Shown here: positions 43,121 through 57,701 of the stretch, one piece after another
How the letters are laid out: every line of letters starts with the position of its first letter
How positions within the stretch are numbered: the stretch's first letter is position 1
Source: Eledone cirrhosa
Lineage: Eukaryota
Direction of reading: 5' to 3'
NCBI GenBank assembly: GCA_964016885.1
Contig: OZ024740.1
Location: 380,866,001-380,930,000, forward strand
Length of the DNA: 64,000 nucleotides
Notes under the pieces: generated by a model
The model's input: the letters and a program-made list of their open reading frames with translations, nothing else
What the model was told of the DNA's origin: nothing
Databases searched by the model: none
Position numbers and translations under genes: made by a program

Positions 43121-44059
43121 ATCTAGAGTAACACTGGTAAATACTATCAAGCATTTTACATTGGTTTAACTTGCTTTCAAATTTATCGTAATCAATCAAA
43201 GCAGGAATTGAACTCAGAGCATAAAGAAACTTAGCTAAACACTAGAAAACATTTAGTTTGGCACTTTGCTGTTTAGCACAAGCAGAAAAACTGGAGCATA
43301 AAAATAATCACGTAGACCACTTACTGCTTTCGTCACCGTCTATCTCAACGATGGTGACTTGAAAAACAAAATATTAATTTGACATACATTTATTAAACAT
43401 TGGTCAAAAAAAATTCTTTTATTGTTATGATGTTGATTGTGTGGTACATAAATACACTCCCACACACACATACACACCCATACACCCCCCCCCACACACA
43501 CATACACACACAGACACATAATTTCTCTTAAGCATAGGGTCGTTAAAATCTTTTCATTTAGCGAGCTCAGAGTGTTTAAGTGTTCTCTTTATTAAAATTT
43601 ACAAAATTATACAGGAAAGAAAATGTTCAATTTAAAGAAAAATGTTTTAAATGAAGAGTTTCAGAATATTTCAACTTCCTCTAGTTCAGACTAAAAATTA
43701 AAAAAAATTAATTAAACGCTTATTGTCAGCTTCCTTTTATTTTTTCTTGTTTTCTCTAATTGTTTATACTATATATGTTTTGTTTTGTTTCCATTTCTTT
43801 ATGATATATTACATTAGCTGCGACATGACGTCATTCCCTCTACGGGGGAGATCAGTGACCTGAAACTGTCTCATCAATTATATAATACCTTTGAGAACGT
43901 CATCAAGTCATGACTTCCATTTTTCTTCCCCTGAAGTAGTCAAATACAGAGGTCGGTTTAATTGAACTTCCCTTATAAAACTGCTAGCCTTGTTCCTAAA
44001 TAAAACATAATTGTTGTCATTATTTCGTGACTATATAAAATGTATTTTCATTTCTACGC

Positions 44060-45720
44060 TATCTTGCGCATTTATGTCCTAATCCTGAAATCAGCTGAAC
44101 AAGAAGGAGAAGCCAGTAATGGGCACGAAAGCGCGTTATTCACGAATAACGCGCTATGTGGTGTTCCACAGTCACAGAAATATGTCCTCTTTTTCACGTT
44201 GCCGTCACTGATTAGGTGAAATTTACAATGGTGTTGGTTAAGATATATCCACTTGTTCATTGTGGTCTCAAAATCCCTTTGACATATTTTCAGCTGGTTT
44301 CAGCTTCATATCAAGCATAGCTGGATTATTTATATCAGACTTTTTGTCCCACAATTGTATGTGGATTGATATATTATTTGTAAACGTCAACAGGCTTGCT
44401 GAATATTATCGTGAAATATTTCTTCTCAATTTTAATCATCTTCGTATTTGTTGACATATACATATAGCAGGTTTCTTTCGACAAATAGCTCATATGTTTT
44501 TCAGCTTTGTTTGCAACATTCCTCCTGTTATCGGAAGATCAATGCCCTCCAAAGGCTAAATATTATTAATGTCGGTGAGCCTGAGAGAGCCATTTACATG
44601 ACGGTATGTCTCCTTAAGAATGGTGAAGCTATAGACCATACTGTTATCCTGTTGCTTTGCTTTTTCATGGATTGCAGCCCAATGCAAAACTATTAGATTA
44701 TTTAAGTGTTTCTGAATGTTAGACTATCCAGTAGTAATATATCAAGAGTGAAGGCTTAGTAGTTAGGTTGTTTGGCTCAAGATCCTCAGTTCGATGCCCG
44801 ACGGTATGTTTTGTCACACACTGTGTTACGTTGAATGTTCCTGAGAACTGCGTTAAAGGTGTATGTATCGTGTCTATCGTGTGATTAGTCCCCCTATACG
44901 TTAATTTCATGAGCAGACTGTTTCGTTGTTCTAATAATTGAAACACTGTCACAGAACCCACAGAGTTCTAGCATGATACATCAAGATAATTGAAATATTA
45001 GAAGTTTTCCGAATTTATTCCGGGGCCATGAGATATTTAAACGTTCTGTTTGCTTCTTTTTCTTAGTTAAAATGCAGTAACCTGTTTTGATAAATTTAGC
45101 CATTAAATTATTTTTTAGAATATGAGTTAGATTGTTCAAAGCAACATTCAGTCTTGTTTCGACGTCGTTGGAATGATCCTGTGGCACACAATACATTAGA
45201 TATCGGAATGCATATATGAAACCTTTACTGTAATGTAGTCGGAAAATGTGTATTATGCCATTGAATGCAAAGGCTTTGCAATCAATGGTTCGATTGCTTT
45301 AATGTTATCTTATGGTTGATTTTAAGCAGTTGTTTAATACATATCTGTAGACTCAATTTGTTTCTCATATATATATATTGATGAAATAGAAGAAATATTG
45401 TATGTCGTTCATGAATAGCTTAAATACATCAATGGGAGAAGTGGAGTCATATGTTTGTAAACGTTAATTGGAACTGGACCATAAATACGTACAATACGTC
45501 GGCAGTTTACGTCTACTGTCTACACGAACAACTTATCTCACTTAGAACTCGGTAATCAGACTAGTTCAAGTACATTGACGAATAAATAAGTATAATGAAG
45601 TGATGAACAACTTATAAATGATAATAAACATCTAACAGCGTAGGAAGGAACGAGACAATGAAACGTATATAGCCCACTAGAAAGACGCCAGTTATTTTAG
45701 CAAGATAACCACTGAGGGAC
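44060..45720 (-). mobile_element. Ingi/Vingi-like LINE RT and C-terminal relic, heavily decayed
   Basis: VETRLNVALNNL...LNISW, NYLDVS (cf. KYLGVTLD), RNSLLMKL, MNKW, CDCG...CPLL. Confidence 0.65.
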
Positions 45721-45911
45721 AATGGGTAAGATTTTATGAAAGATTAACAAGAAAACTCGAACGTGTTATCTTCTATACTTCAAAGGAACGAGCGGGTAAG
45801 AGAAGAAAAAAATCCCACAAGATATTGATATCAAGTTATAAATAAACAAAGAGATAACGTAAAAACTGTATAATAAGACTTCTAGAAAATAAAGGTAAAA
45901 AAGGTCAATAC

Positions 45912-45959
<48 letters not shown>

Positions 45960-46320
45960 CACATGAACGAACTTATACATACTATATACACACACACACA
46001 CACATCTGTTTCGATCTCTACTGCCCCACCCCCCATGTATGAACAAGTTGATACCTATTAAACACATCTATATATATATAAAATACATACAATTATGAAA
46101 CCTCTAACCAGTCACTCAATCTGCTAGCAATAGCAGCTAAATCGCCCCCAAATCACACTCTTCCGTGTTTAAATTTAGGGAAATGATGTAATTCCAGATG
46201 CACTACAACAAATGGGACGGTCACGTCTGGTACGCCGTTGATCATTGCTCTTTTCGATCAAGACGAACTCAGGATTAAACAACAAAAACAACAACACTTG
46301 AAAAGATTTAGTTATGCATA

Positions 46321-46529
46321 TACGAAGGTCGGCTGAAAAGTTCTTATGTTGACTCTGAAGGAATGATGCTAGAGCTTGCATGCATTAATTTTAGCTCTTC
46401 CTATTAATAAATGCATTGTTTCTTTCCAAGGAATATTTTGAAAAATAAACCTCATTTGATCATTTCATGAGAGTATCTTGGTCAGCCTATGAACTTTTCT
46501 ACCTATTAACTTTTCAGCAGACACTTGTA
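46321..46529. mobile_element. Mariner-type MITE
   Basis: ta|cgaaggtcggctgaaaagtt ... aacttttcagcagacacttg|ta imperfect TIRs with TA ends. Confidence 0.65.
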
Positions 46530-46800
46530 TGTAAGGATATCGAAACACGTATCTATTTATAAAGCCACAAAAAGGAAAATACTGAGAGTTTTGGGGTTTT
46601 TTTTTAAAGAATTAATGAGTTGCATACTACTTTTTCTCCCTCGGCCTTTAGTCATGATGTTGCTGTTGCTCCGGCTTATATTTCCAAATCTACTCTAATC
46701 TTGTACACTTATTAGCAAAGACGATCCGCACATATCCCATATTTCTTCTTTTATCCGGCATAGTGTATTTAGAATAACAAATATAGAAATATACATTCGT

Positions 46801-46833
<33 letters not shown>

Positions 46834-47094
46834 CGCGCATATTCGTGCGCATGTATAAAAAATAAAATAAGGTAAATTACATATTAGCTTCTCAAACTTC
46901 CAATAGTATTTTACGAAATGAAAGTAATTATATAATGACATCAGGGAATATATTTTTATTTCTTTCGGGTTTAACCCCATTGAACTCCCCCAGGATTTTT
47001 CTTTGTTTCCTTGTTATGCTGAACTCGTTAAAAATCCTATAGGGAGTCAGAAAGAAGAAAAAATAGAAAACGCCCTTAATGATAATAATGATAT

Positions 47095-50000
47095 CTGCTA
47101 TAGATACAAGGCTAGCAATTTTGGTTAGAGGGGAAAGTCGATTAAATCGACCCCAGTGCGTTATTGGTGCTTTTTTTATCGACCCCGTAAGGATGAAAGG
47201 TAAAGCTAATCTCATAGAGATTTGAACTTAGAACGTAAAGTGCCGTAAAGCATGTTGTTTGACGTTCAAATGATACTGCTTAGAAGAAGAAGAAGAAGAA
47301 GAAGAAGAAGAAGAAGAAGAAGAAGAAGAATCCATGTTAGCCTAGACACGAGACCCTAAATTGAGTATGAAAAGTCAACTCCTAGATATAATCAGAGCAT
47401 TTCATTACCCTCACCACCTTTCCATGTACTCTGCATGCAGGTACTGAAACTGTTCAGTCCCGAAAATACTTGTTAATTACTTGTGTCAATGTGGATAAGA
47501 GATCGCCCATATCTAACTGGTTGTTGATGTATAAAAGTGTTCAAGATCGGCAAATAAAACAGAAAAGACATCTAGAGATCCATGAAAGTGCATTTCTCTA
47601 CTACAAGCATTGCAGAACTGTGAACTCTCCCGTCCAACCCGGAGATCTCCCACCCACATTGGGGTGGGTGAAAAATGTCTTCTCTTGTGAAAATGAGTAT
47701 AGTTTTCATTATGTAAAATCTCCCCCGTTTTGCCTCATTTCTCCCCGTTTTGGGGCACTTTTCTTCATGGTACTCCTCGTTTGGGTTTTTAAAGGTTAGC
47801 ATAACTGGCATTTCATATATTACAGTTACACTTGAACTCTAGAAACACATGTAACATCTTGTGAGGAAGTGTTCTAGGTTTTACATCAATGTCGAGTCCC
47901 AACAGACTGATTCATTTAAGATGAATCGAACATAAAACCAGAAATTTATTAAACATATAAAAATGAAAACAGTAAAATACAAAGAAAAAAACGAAAATAA
48001 AACAACCTGAAAAAAAAACAATAAAAACAGAAACATACAAAGAAAAAAAACGAAAATAAACAACAATGAACCCATAAACGTATTTGGGACAAAATCATGA
48101 AAACAAAATCAGCGTAAGAAAACTAAACAAGAAATTACAAAATAACACAAAATCAAATTACATTTTGCATGGTTTATATCTCAATAGTAAAGAAAATCCA
48201 GAAACAAATACAATCTAAACAAGACATATAACTAAGGTACACATAACAGTGATAGAGTGTAGTAAAAGTATCTACTAATAATTGTTTCTACTTTTGGCAC
48301 AAGGCCAGCAATTATCCAAGTGTATTACTGGTACTTTATTTTATCGACCCCGTAAGGATGAAAGGCAAAGTTAACCTCGGCAGGATTTAAACTCAGACCA
48401 TAAAGAGCCGTAACTCTTTGCTGCAAAGCATGGCGTCCGACCTCGGACGCCATGCTTTGACGTATAGAGTTACGGCCCTTGCCATTCTGAGTTCAAATCC
48501 CGCCGAGGTTAACTTTGCCTTTCATCCTTACGGGGTCGATAAAATAAAGTACCAGTAATGCACTTGGATAATTGCTGGCCTTGTGCCAAACGTAGAAACA
48601 ATTATTAGTAGATACTAATAATGGTTTCTTATATAGGCACAAGGCCAGCAATTTTGGGGGAGGAGAAAGTCAATTAAATCGACCCCAGTGCGTTACTGGT
48701 ACTTTATTTTATCGACCCAGTAAGGATGAAAGCCAAAGATAACTTCAGCGAGAGCTGAACTCAGAAGGTAAAGGGCCGCAACTCAATGCCACAAAAATAT
48801 CCTATGCTATTCCGATACTGCTAATTCACCGCCCTAGTGTCTACTAATAATTGTTTCTACTTTAAGCATACGGCCAACAATTTGAAGGGGAGGGGAAAGT
48901 CGATTATATCGACCACTGTGAATTACAGGTACTTTATTTTATCGACCCCGTAAAGATGAATTGCAAAGTTAACCTCGGCGGCATTTGAACTCAGACTACC
49001 GTTAATATCTACTAATAATAAGATAAATTAAATATATATAATTTCTAACGTTGGCAAAATGTCACAAATCTGCTGGGGAGGAGGCTAGTTAATTAAATGT
49101 TCTGGTCCATTGTTTTATCGACCCTAGAAAAATGAAAAGCAAAGTTGACTTCAGCAGGATTTAAAATCTGAACAGATAGAATCAGAACAAATACCACCAG
49201 TCATTTTGTCCGATGTTCTAACGGTTCAAGTAAATTATACTCGACAGGATTTGAACTCAGAACATAAATAAATACATTCTGCCAGGCATTCTACTGTTTC
49301 TGCCACTTCACCATTTGAAATAATTACTTGTATAGGGACATAGCTAAACATATTGGTGAATGGGTGCATATATAAGTATAACAATATATTATAGTAAATG
49401 CGTGTGGATGAGTGGTTAGACAATTGGATTCACAATCATGAGGTTGTGATTTCAATTCCCGGACTAGGCAATGCGTTATATCTTTGTGCAAGACACTTTG
49501 TTCACGTTTCTCCTTCTGCCTAGATTTGCGACCGACAGATAGAATTAGCAATTGGAAAAACAAATGGAAACATTGTTCGCTCGGTCCGTTTTGACGAGCT
49601 CCACTCCACTCGTTAACTGAACGAGGAATATGTTACAAGTATTTATTTTATCGCTACACCAGAAGGTTGGAAACAAAACCGACTAGAAAGCAAAGCAATG
49701 CAACTAAACACAGCAAAGCATTTTCTTTCTCATTTTGCTGTATGTACCACTCTTCATAATGAAAAAAAATATTATAATGAGAATATAACACAGCATGTAG
49801 TCCTTGTCACTGACATTTCTATATTGTATTAAAAGAAAATGAAATAAGATATGAATGTCTCAAAATATTCTCCAGCATTGCAGTTCAGAAAATTAGTTAT
49901 ATAAAATATTCAAATTTAAACTTTGAAATATTTTACACTTCTAATATATAATTGTTTCTACTTTTGGCACAAGGCCATCAATTACCCAGTACATTACTGA

Positions 50001-50110
50001 TACTTTATTTTATCGACCCCGTAAGGATGAAAGGCAAAGTTAACCTCGGCGGGATTTGAACTCAGACCGCAAAGGGACGTAGCTATGCTGGAAAGCATGG
50101 CATCCGATAT
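47095..50110 (-). mobile_element. Cluster of ~8 copies of one tRNA-derived SINE (sense body tttcatcctt.cggggtcgataaaataaagtaccagt, probably Nin-domain-like)
   Basis: Copies at ~47095, 48277, 48445 (+), 48617, 48843, 49040, 49238, 49950; B-box-like gagttcaaatcc; attatt tail. Confidence 0.85.
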
Positions 50111-50886
50111 AATATTTAGACATCAGGTCATATAATTTATATACTATGTAAATGCTGCTGAACAAAAAGTGAGCTATCAGAATCTACATAAAAAAATATA
50201 AGCTAACGCGGGAGCGTCTACGTAATCATTGAAATTGCCAAAAATAACAGCCAACTCACATCTAAAGATCTCACTGTTCCATCTTAAAAATTGAATAATA
50301 CTATGCGTTACCTGAAAATATAGATAGGATGATCACGACTGGAATCATTTTTTTAAATCCTAGGTCTGTTTCCTAAAAGGAATTAAATTAAAGAATTAAC
50401 CAACAACAACATACACAAGCATAAGGCAAAGAGGTATCTAAAACGTAGCTGCTTGACTTGTAAGAAACAGCAGCTAAATCTCCCTTAAATTACTCAAACG
50501 TCTTTAAAAAAAGAAAACTCACGCAAGTTAATGTCGTTTTTTTAATATGAAATAGACAAACGTTCGTAAATATGAGATTTCTTGTAATGTCCTTCTTTTG
50601 TCATATATAATGTTTTTTTTTAATGTAAAATAAAATTATTAGATTCTCTTTCTGGTGTATCAATATGAATCACTTACAATAAAATTTGGCCGGAGATAGA
50701 CTAGCAAAATTTTAAAAGCGGGTAGAGGGTGGGGTGGAACAAAAAGAGGGGCGGGGGATCTGACAAATTAATAAGTGGGTGGTGGGGTCGATTATTCAAA
50801 ACATGAGAGTACGTGAATTAATAACGGACGTAAGAATGAAAACTCAATACCTAAGTAGAGCTTGAATATTCAATTATTATGGCTAA

Positions 50887-50935
50887 CCTTGTTACTCCGG
50901 AGCCTCACTTGCATACAGAGGATCATCAGACAAGA
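50887..50935 (-). ncRNA. Hammerhead relic lacking the GAAA box
   Basis: tcttgt-CUGAUGA-tcctc...gagg-[missing]-C UCCGGA GUA-acaagg; resembles 8241-8290. Confidence 0.55.
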
Positions 50936-51004
50936 CTGGTGATCCTATCAGTGCGCAGGTGGATTTTTAGTGTAACAAAGCTCACCAATAGCCATAATAA
51001 ATGA

Positions 51005-51097
<93 letters not shown>

Positions 51098-51515
51098 TGT
51101 AGGAGATGAATAAATTAGGTATAATACCAATTTCTTACCAAATGCGAAGAAGCTCGATATATTAACCCCTTAGGAAAGGACACAGAGTATATATATATTT
51201 TCAATTATATATATATACAGTGGCGGTGGAACTGGGGGTGTGGGGCATGCGCCCCTCCAATAATTATATTTTCTCCCCAAACTATGAAAACACACATCTA
51301 TTTGGATATGCGCTACAATTTATGTACATGTGTTCATCACATATCTGAGTTTGCTTACCATTTTAGAGTGTAAAGAGCTAAACTAATCACTACAACTAAA
51401 TTGTCCAAATTTGCCCTGCCATCGAGGGAACCATTATCTTTGAACGAATAAGTAAAATCAACTATATGCATTAAGCGGATACACGGAAATAAAACACACA
51501 CACACAGTGACACAT

Positions 51516-51570
<55 letters not shown>

Positions 51571-51672
51571 CATACCTATAACAAAGAAGGTGTGGTAAGA
51601 TACCAGGTGTACCATAACGCACCAGAGTACTCGATACTTAGGGTAGTAGAGTTGGTAATATGAAAAGAGTCA

Positions 51673-51772
51673 GCACACCCGATGGCTGAGCTACGGCCGT
51701 TCGACAGCTAGATCCGAACTAAACTACCAGTATTAGAACGGCGGGAATCTAGCTGAACTTATCAAGCAGTAC
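51673..51772 (-). ncRNA. Degenerate full-length hammerhead of the 3741/38646 family (UUGAUAA core)
   Basis: UUGAUAA-g..cagctagattc...ggatctagctg.c-GAAC GGC...GCC AUC; family 3' tail at 51580-51670. Confidence 0.5.
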
Positions 51773-52014
51773 AGTCCATATATGGACATGCAGTGAAAAC
51801 AAAAAAAGCAGCAATATCAAAGCAAAAAATCCTAAAATTTGTTGTTTTTCTTGCGTCACGGGGAGTGGTCAATGATCTGGAGTCTCATGTACATAGTTTA
51901 ACTATGTACATGAAACGGCGAGAGCTCATCCGTTGGGGGTCCCTACACTTTTCATATATATATATATATATACGATATATTAACAAATGGAAACTATATT
52001 TATAAAACCATATT

Positions 52015-52079
52015 TATTTCATTATACATATTTCAAGGACACCAAGTTAAATTATGGTGTGCTTTCATCAGATAAAATA
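52015..52079 (-). ncRNA. Minimal type I hammerhead (AUA site)
   Basis: tattttat-CUGAUGA-aagcacacca...tggtgtcctt-GAAAU AUGU AUA-atgaaata. Confidence 0.85.
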
Positions 52080-53691
52080 TAATATAGAGCAGTTTTATAA
52101 ATAAATATTGACATACCCTTAAAGAATGCGACCATTTCTGTTGGAAGCTCCCGGATAGTGGGGTTATAAATTTATTTATACTATTATGCAAATTAGTTTC
52201 GGATATTTTTAAATCACAGTAGATTTAAATAAGCCGTTGGGTTATGGAGAAAGAGAAAGAGAAAAAAGAGAAAAAAGAGCAAACTCTAAGAGGAAAATAA
52301 GAAAAATAAGAAAAGGAGAAAGAGAAGAAAAAAAGAAAAGAGAAAAGAGAAAGAGAAAGCTCTAAGTGATAGGTTGTTGTATTAGCTTAACTTTTGAGAT
52401 GAAGTGAAAGAATAAATATTTAATGAATGGGTAAAGAAGTGTAAATAAGCGTGAATGGAAATACATAAATAGTAGGAGAATTTTAACCATTGTTTAAATA
52501 TGATTAAATGTTTAGTTTATCAATTAGATTATTGAGATATATACATTAAAAATTGAGATCTATATATTATTAAAAAATCTATATATTATTAAGACTATAT
52601 ATTATTAAAAAATCTATATATTATTAAAAGAATATATTCATATATATACATACGCACACACAGATATATATACATATAAATATATATACATACACCTGCA
52701 TATACATACATATACATACATACAATAAAGGACTTTTTAATTTAAGATATAGGAATTTTCATAAACTTATAGATTTTTCGGAGAAAATCGTAGAAAAAAC
52801 AGAGAAAATCATTTCTATGTAATAGCGAAACAGCGTGAAGGAAATTAAGTTATTTACTTATATTAAATGTTACAAATGTTAAGATAGTAAAGGAAATTTT
52901 AGGTTATACAAACGTTATGTTATTTACAATTTTTTTTAATAAGTTTTATATCTAATAAATCCACCTGTTATGTAGTTGTGACTGTTATTATATAAGTTTG
53001 TTTATCACGAACCTTAAGAAAATCCTTATAAACGAGTGCATTCGAATTGTATGCATATATATATATACACACAATCCCCACATAGATACACATAGACGTA
53101 CTTACACATACAGGTAGATATGCATCACATATATATATATACATACACACACATATATATATATATACACATACATATATATATACACACATACATATAG
53201 AGAGAGAAATATAAAAATACTGTACATAGTATAATTGAAGTACATAATATATATAATATAAAATAAAATAAAATAAAATAAAATAAAATAAAATAAAAAA
53301 TAAAAATGAATTATATTACGATTTGGAAATATAATTATAAGCAATGTAACTTTAAATCAATATAATTTTTTAAAATATTATAGAATATTTCAAGATATAA
53401 TTTTAAAATAAGAATATGTTTAATAGATTAAGTATAAAAATTTAAATTTTCTATATAATATCTAGTTCTCAGTATGTTTAACTTAATTTTATAGCCATAA
53501 GAAAAAGAAAGAGAAACTTTCAAAAATAGGAGAAACTTTCAAATAAAATATTTTCCCCTTTTAAGAGCTTTCAGTATGTTTCTCTAGAAGAATTTTTTTT
53601 TTTTATTTAGGGAAAAAAAATTTTTTTTTTCTTTAATGGTCGCATTCTTTAAGGGTATGTCAATATTTATTTATAAAACTGCTCTATATTA

Positions 53692-53756
53692 TATTTTATC
53701 TGATGAAAGCACACCATAATTTAACTTGGTGTCCTTGAAATATGTATTATGAAATA
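53692..53756 (+). ncRNA. Minimal type I hammerhead (AUU site)
   Basis: Mirror of 52015-52079. Confidence 0.8.
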
Positions 53757-53900
53757 AATATGGTTTTATAAATATAGTTTCCATTTGTTTATATATCGTA
53801 TTTTTACTCCAATAATTTGTTGAGTGCTTTATATCAGTTATAAAAATATTTGCTTGTATCCCAACAATTTAAATAGAACTTCTACATATATATATATATA

Positions 53901-54613
53901 TTAAGATAAGCAGAACAAGTAAAATTCAATCAATTTTTCAAAATACATTAAAAAATATAATATAAATATTTACCTCTCCTAGTGGCCCTTACTGATCAGT
54001 TTCGCTTTGTAAAACCTCATAAATCCGATGGATTTATGATGGAAAACCAAAGCTCATCATTGAACAACCTTGAATCATAGACAACCTATGTATTTCTAGG
54101 GGTACCTAGTATCCCTGGACATATTAACTTCTACCTTTTTCTCCGTCCGTTGAGAACAATCCTGTTGCTCTACTTGGCTGCTATTTTTTTAGTAGTAATT
54201 GTAGACAGCAAGTCTTTGATTTTCCCGCTTTTACTTCGGTCCAGTTTACATACGGGTCAATTTTACGACCTTTCAGACCTTTATTAGCTGGCAGGAGGTT
54301 GTATATTTTGTCGTTCCTGGGACGTTTAGCCCTAGGAAGGGAAAATGCTTCTCTGATGAGCTTTGGTTTTCCATCATAAATCCATCGGATTTATGAGGTT
54401 TTACAAAGCGAAACTGATCAGTAAGGGCCACTAGGAGAGGTAAATATTTATATTATATTTTTTAATGTATTTTGAAAAATTGATTGAATTTTACTTGTTC
54501 TGCTTATCTTAATATTAAAGTTCTGGTGTATCAAATTAACACCATTGAACAACCTTGAATCATAGACAACCTATGTATTTCTAGGGGTACCTAGTATCCC
54601 TGGACATATTAAC

Positions 54614-54618
<5 letters not shown>
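53901..54618 (+). mobile_element. Retrozyme-like element: inverted 5' segment, then a 485-nt monomer with 76-nt terminal redundancy
   Basis: 54058-54133 = 54543-54618; 53901-54059 is the reverse complement of 54354-54512; one HHR; (TA)n flanks. Confidence 0.85.
54349..54427 (+). ncRNA. Type I hammerhead, intact core
   Basis: ttct-CUGAUGA-gctttg...tcataaatcc atc ggatttatga...caaagc-GAAAC UGAUCA GUA-aggg. Confidence 0.9.
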
Positions 54619-54677
<59 letters not shown>

Positions 54678-55439
54678 GCTTCTACAGCTTCTACTTCTAG
54701 TCCTGTAGAAGCTCTTCTATATTAAAACAATTATACTCTGCTATGTATTGAGTGCCTTACTTACTTTGGTTACCTCCGATTCAACCCGGAATAACTTGTA
54801 TATATATATATATATAATGTATTTATTTGTAAGTGTAAATGTTAAGATGCCATTTCTGTAATATTCGTCTGACTCTTTCTTTATTCAATATATCATTATA
54901 CCATTTTTTAAAACGTTACTAAAGTTCTCACACTATTCCTTATCCCACGCTCAGCTCTATTCCATCTGCATACGATGTTATACTTTTACAGCTCCTCTCT
55001 TTTTCTTGTCAATACATATTATAGCGTTTTTCTCTCCCACTCTTTTTCACTCATCATTTGCATATCTATCATTTTATCTCTCCCTACCCTTTTTTCTGTC
55101 TTCCTATCAAACTAAATGATTGTTGTTTTAAACAAATTTTTCCAGCCACTTTTTCAATTCTTTTTCTTTAACTTTTTAACAGTAGACAATCCATTTTTAC
55201 TTTTTTGTTATTTTTGAACTTATCAACACTAACGTTCAACTTCAACTGAATATGTTCATTATATTTTCTAGTCATACAATCACATAAAGAAAAAATATAC
55301 GATAGAAGAACGCTGGATTGAAGCTGTACCAGCCATTAGTTCCATCCGTCTATTTTCTGAGTTCAAATCCCACATGGGTTAGTTTTTAATGTCATTCGCA
55401 TTGCAAAAGACAAAATGGCAGCAATTTATTTCATTTCAT

Positions 55440-55990
55440 TTCATCGTCGTGGGCCCTCCATCGATAGTTGACAGTGACAATCCGTATGTATGTAAAAGTC
55501 TAGAAGATATCGCTCTTATTCACTATTTTCTGTCGCGAGCCACTGATGTCTAGCTTTATGTTATAATTTGACGTATCTTCATGGTACGTTTCACCTTATC
55601 CTTATATCTTAGTCGGTTCCTAACTTCATTTCCCATACGACTAACCAACTGTAAGTATTTCCCATTCTTTCGACGACTCTAAACCAGCGAAGGGCAGATT
55701 CTACTAGCTGTGTATATTTCCCTCACTTATGAATTCCTATGAAAATATAAGGACTATTTTACATAGTTTGACAGGGCTTACAGTAGTTTAGATAAGCCCA
55801 ATTCTTCGATTCAGTTAATGGTTGACATCAACTTCATTACAAATCTAAAGGCAGCGATATTTTAAGTCGAGAGAAAATATAGAAGCTACGATAATTCTTA
55901 AATCGTGAGTTTTATATATCAAAAGAAACTTCTTTCACAAGACTATTGTAGGATGTAGTCGATTGCATACATACCAATATTTTTTTATAT
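55440..55990 (-). mobile_element. RTE LINE 3' relic
   Basis: Reverse strand reads LRWFRVVERM...RLRYKDKVKR. Confidence 0.6.
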
Positions 55991-56684
55991 AGCCTGGAAA
56001 TTTGTGAAGGAATATAGAGGTATAAAGTCCGGTAGGTTAATGATATTTATGTAATCGATTCCAAATAACAAAAAGGCCAAAATGTTTCCTAGTGTAAGGT
56101 TTTCATCTCTTTTTGTTTTAGATTACGTATCAAAGTTCGCCTCGTAATTATGTGGTTTGTGGTTTGATCCCACATTTCACTATCTTGATGGTATATATTT
56201 TGTAAAGTAGCCTCACCTAGATCAAAATATCTGAAGGAAATTTGGTCGACAGAATTGTAGAAGCTAGTCGTAGGAACTGTAAATTAATCCATCGTCCCTT
56301 TCGATACTACGACTTTTCTTTGGGTGCCTTTGGTGGAGTTCACAATGCTATAATCATTATGGCTAACTCTCCTTCTACTAGTATATGATTCGTTGAAAAG
56401 AATCATATATTGGTAGGAGGAGAGTTAAGGAATGATATGTACGCTCACAAACACAATATACATACATGCATACACACAGACACACGCGCGCGCACACGCA
56501 CACACATATATATATACATATAGTGGTAAAAAGCCAGGAGGTTGTAGCCGAGTAAGTAGAGCACACAGTCCACTGGACAAGTTCGATATAAAGCGGGTTC
56601 CACAACAAATTAGCAAACCACACTGGAGGACGCGCGTCTTCGAGTATGGTTTGTTAACTTGCCGAACTCTCTATATATATATAT

Positions 56685-56830
56685 TTGTTTCTACTTTTGG
56701 CACAATGCCAGCAATTATCCAAGTGTATTACTGGTACTTTATTTTATCGACCCCGTAAGGATGAAAGGCAAAGTTAACCTCGACGGGATTTGAACTCAGA
56801 CCGTAAAGGGATGTAACTATGCTAGAAATA
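56685..56830 (-). mobile_element. Copy of the 47-50 kb SINE family
   Basis: Near-identical to 48280-48420 and 49950-50090. Confidence 0.8.
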
Positions 56831-56888
56831 ATGAGGGACAGAGACCGCTGGAGAGAACTCGTCCATGGATCTCGGGAATTTTATCCGG

Positions 56889-57007
<119 letters not shown>

Positions 57008-57469
57008 AGGAGTTGACGGACCCAGCATATTTATCAATGCCAGGACCGGTTGCATCTCAGCGTACTCCATGGGAAATGCAAGATACATTCCCAGCGTATA
57101 CACATAGTTATTCGCTTCAATACATCACACGTAAAACGGGTGCTTATAATAGTTCCCGGACTCGAGTTTCGGCCGCAGTAATATATATATATGAGTAAGC
57201 GTCTATTGCATTGTAAAACCCCGCGTTAGAAAGACCGTATATATAACAAAAAAAATAAGTAAGCAAATGCATAAAACAAAAACATGACACACCCATGACA
57301 CACCCATTCAAACTTTAATGAGGAGAAACACACTTGTTTCTGAACTACTTTGTCTACTTTTTCGCCCCCTTGCTTATAGAGTGTCTCCTATCGTACACAC
57401 ACAAATTATACACACATATACATACGTGGACGCATAGAAGCAATATCATCAGTGCTATCCACTCCCTTT

Positions 57470-57506
<37 letters not shown>

Positions 57507-57656
57507 CATATATAGATAGATAGATAGATATGTGTATGTGTGTGTGTATGTATGTATATGTATATATATGACTCTTCTCCTCTCTCTCTTTCTATATATA
57601 TATATAGAGAGAGAGAGAGAGGAGAAAAGTCATATATATATATATATACAAATGTA

Positions 57657-57701
<45 letters not shown>

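Larger units (their letters stand above)
51971..53885. mobile_element. Non-coding PLE-like insertion with ~165-bp inverted repeats (51971-52135 / 53636-53800), each carrying an HHR
   Basis: Reverse-complement match; very AT-rich interior; (TA)n flanks. Confidence 0.75.
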
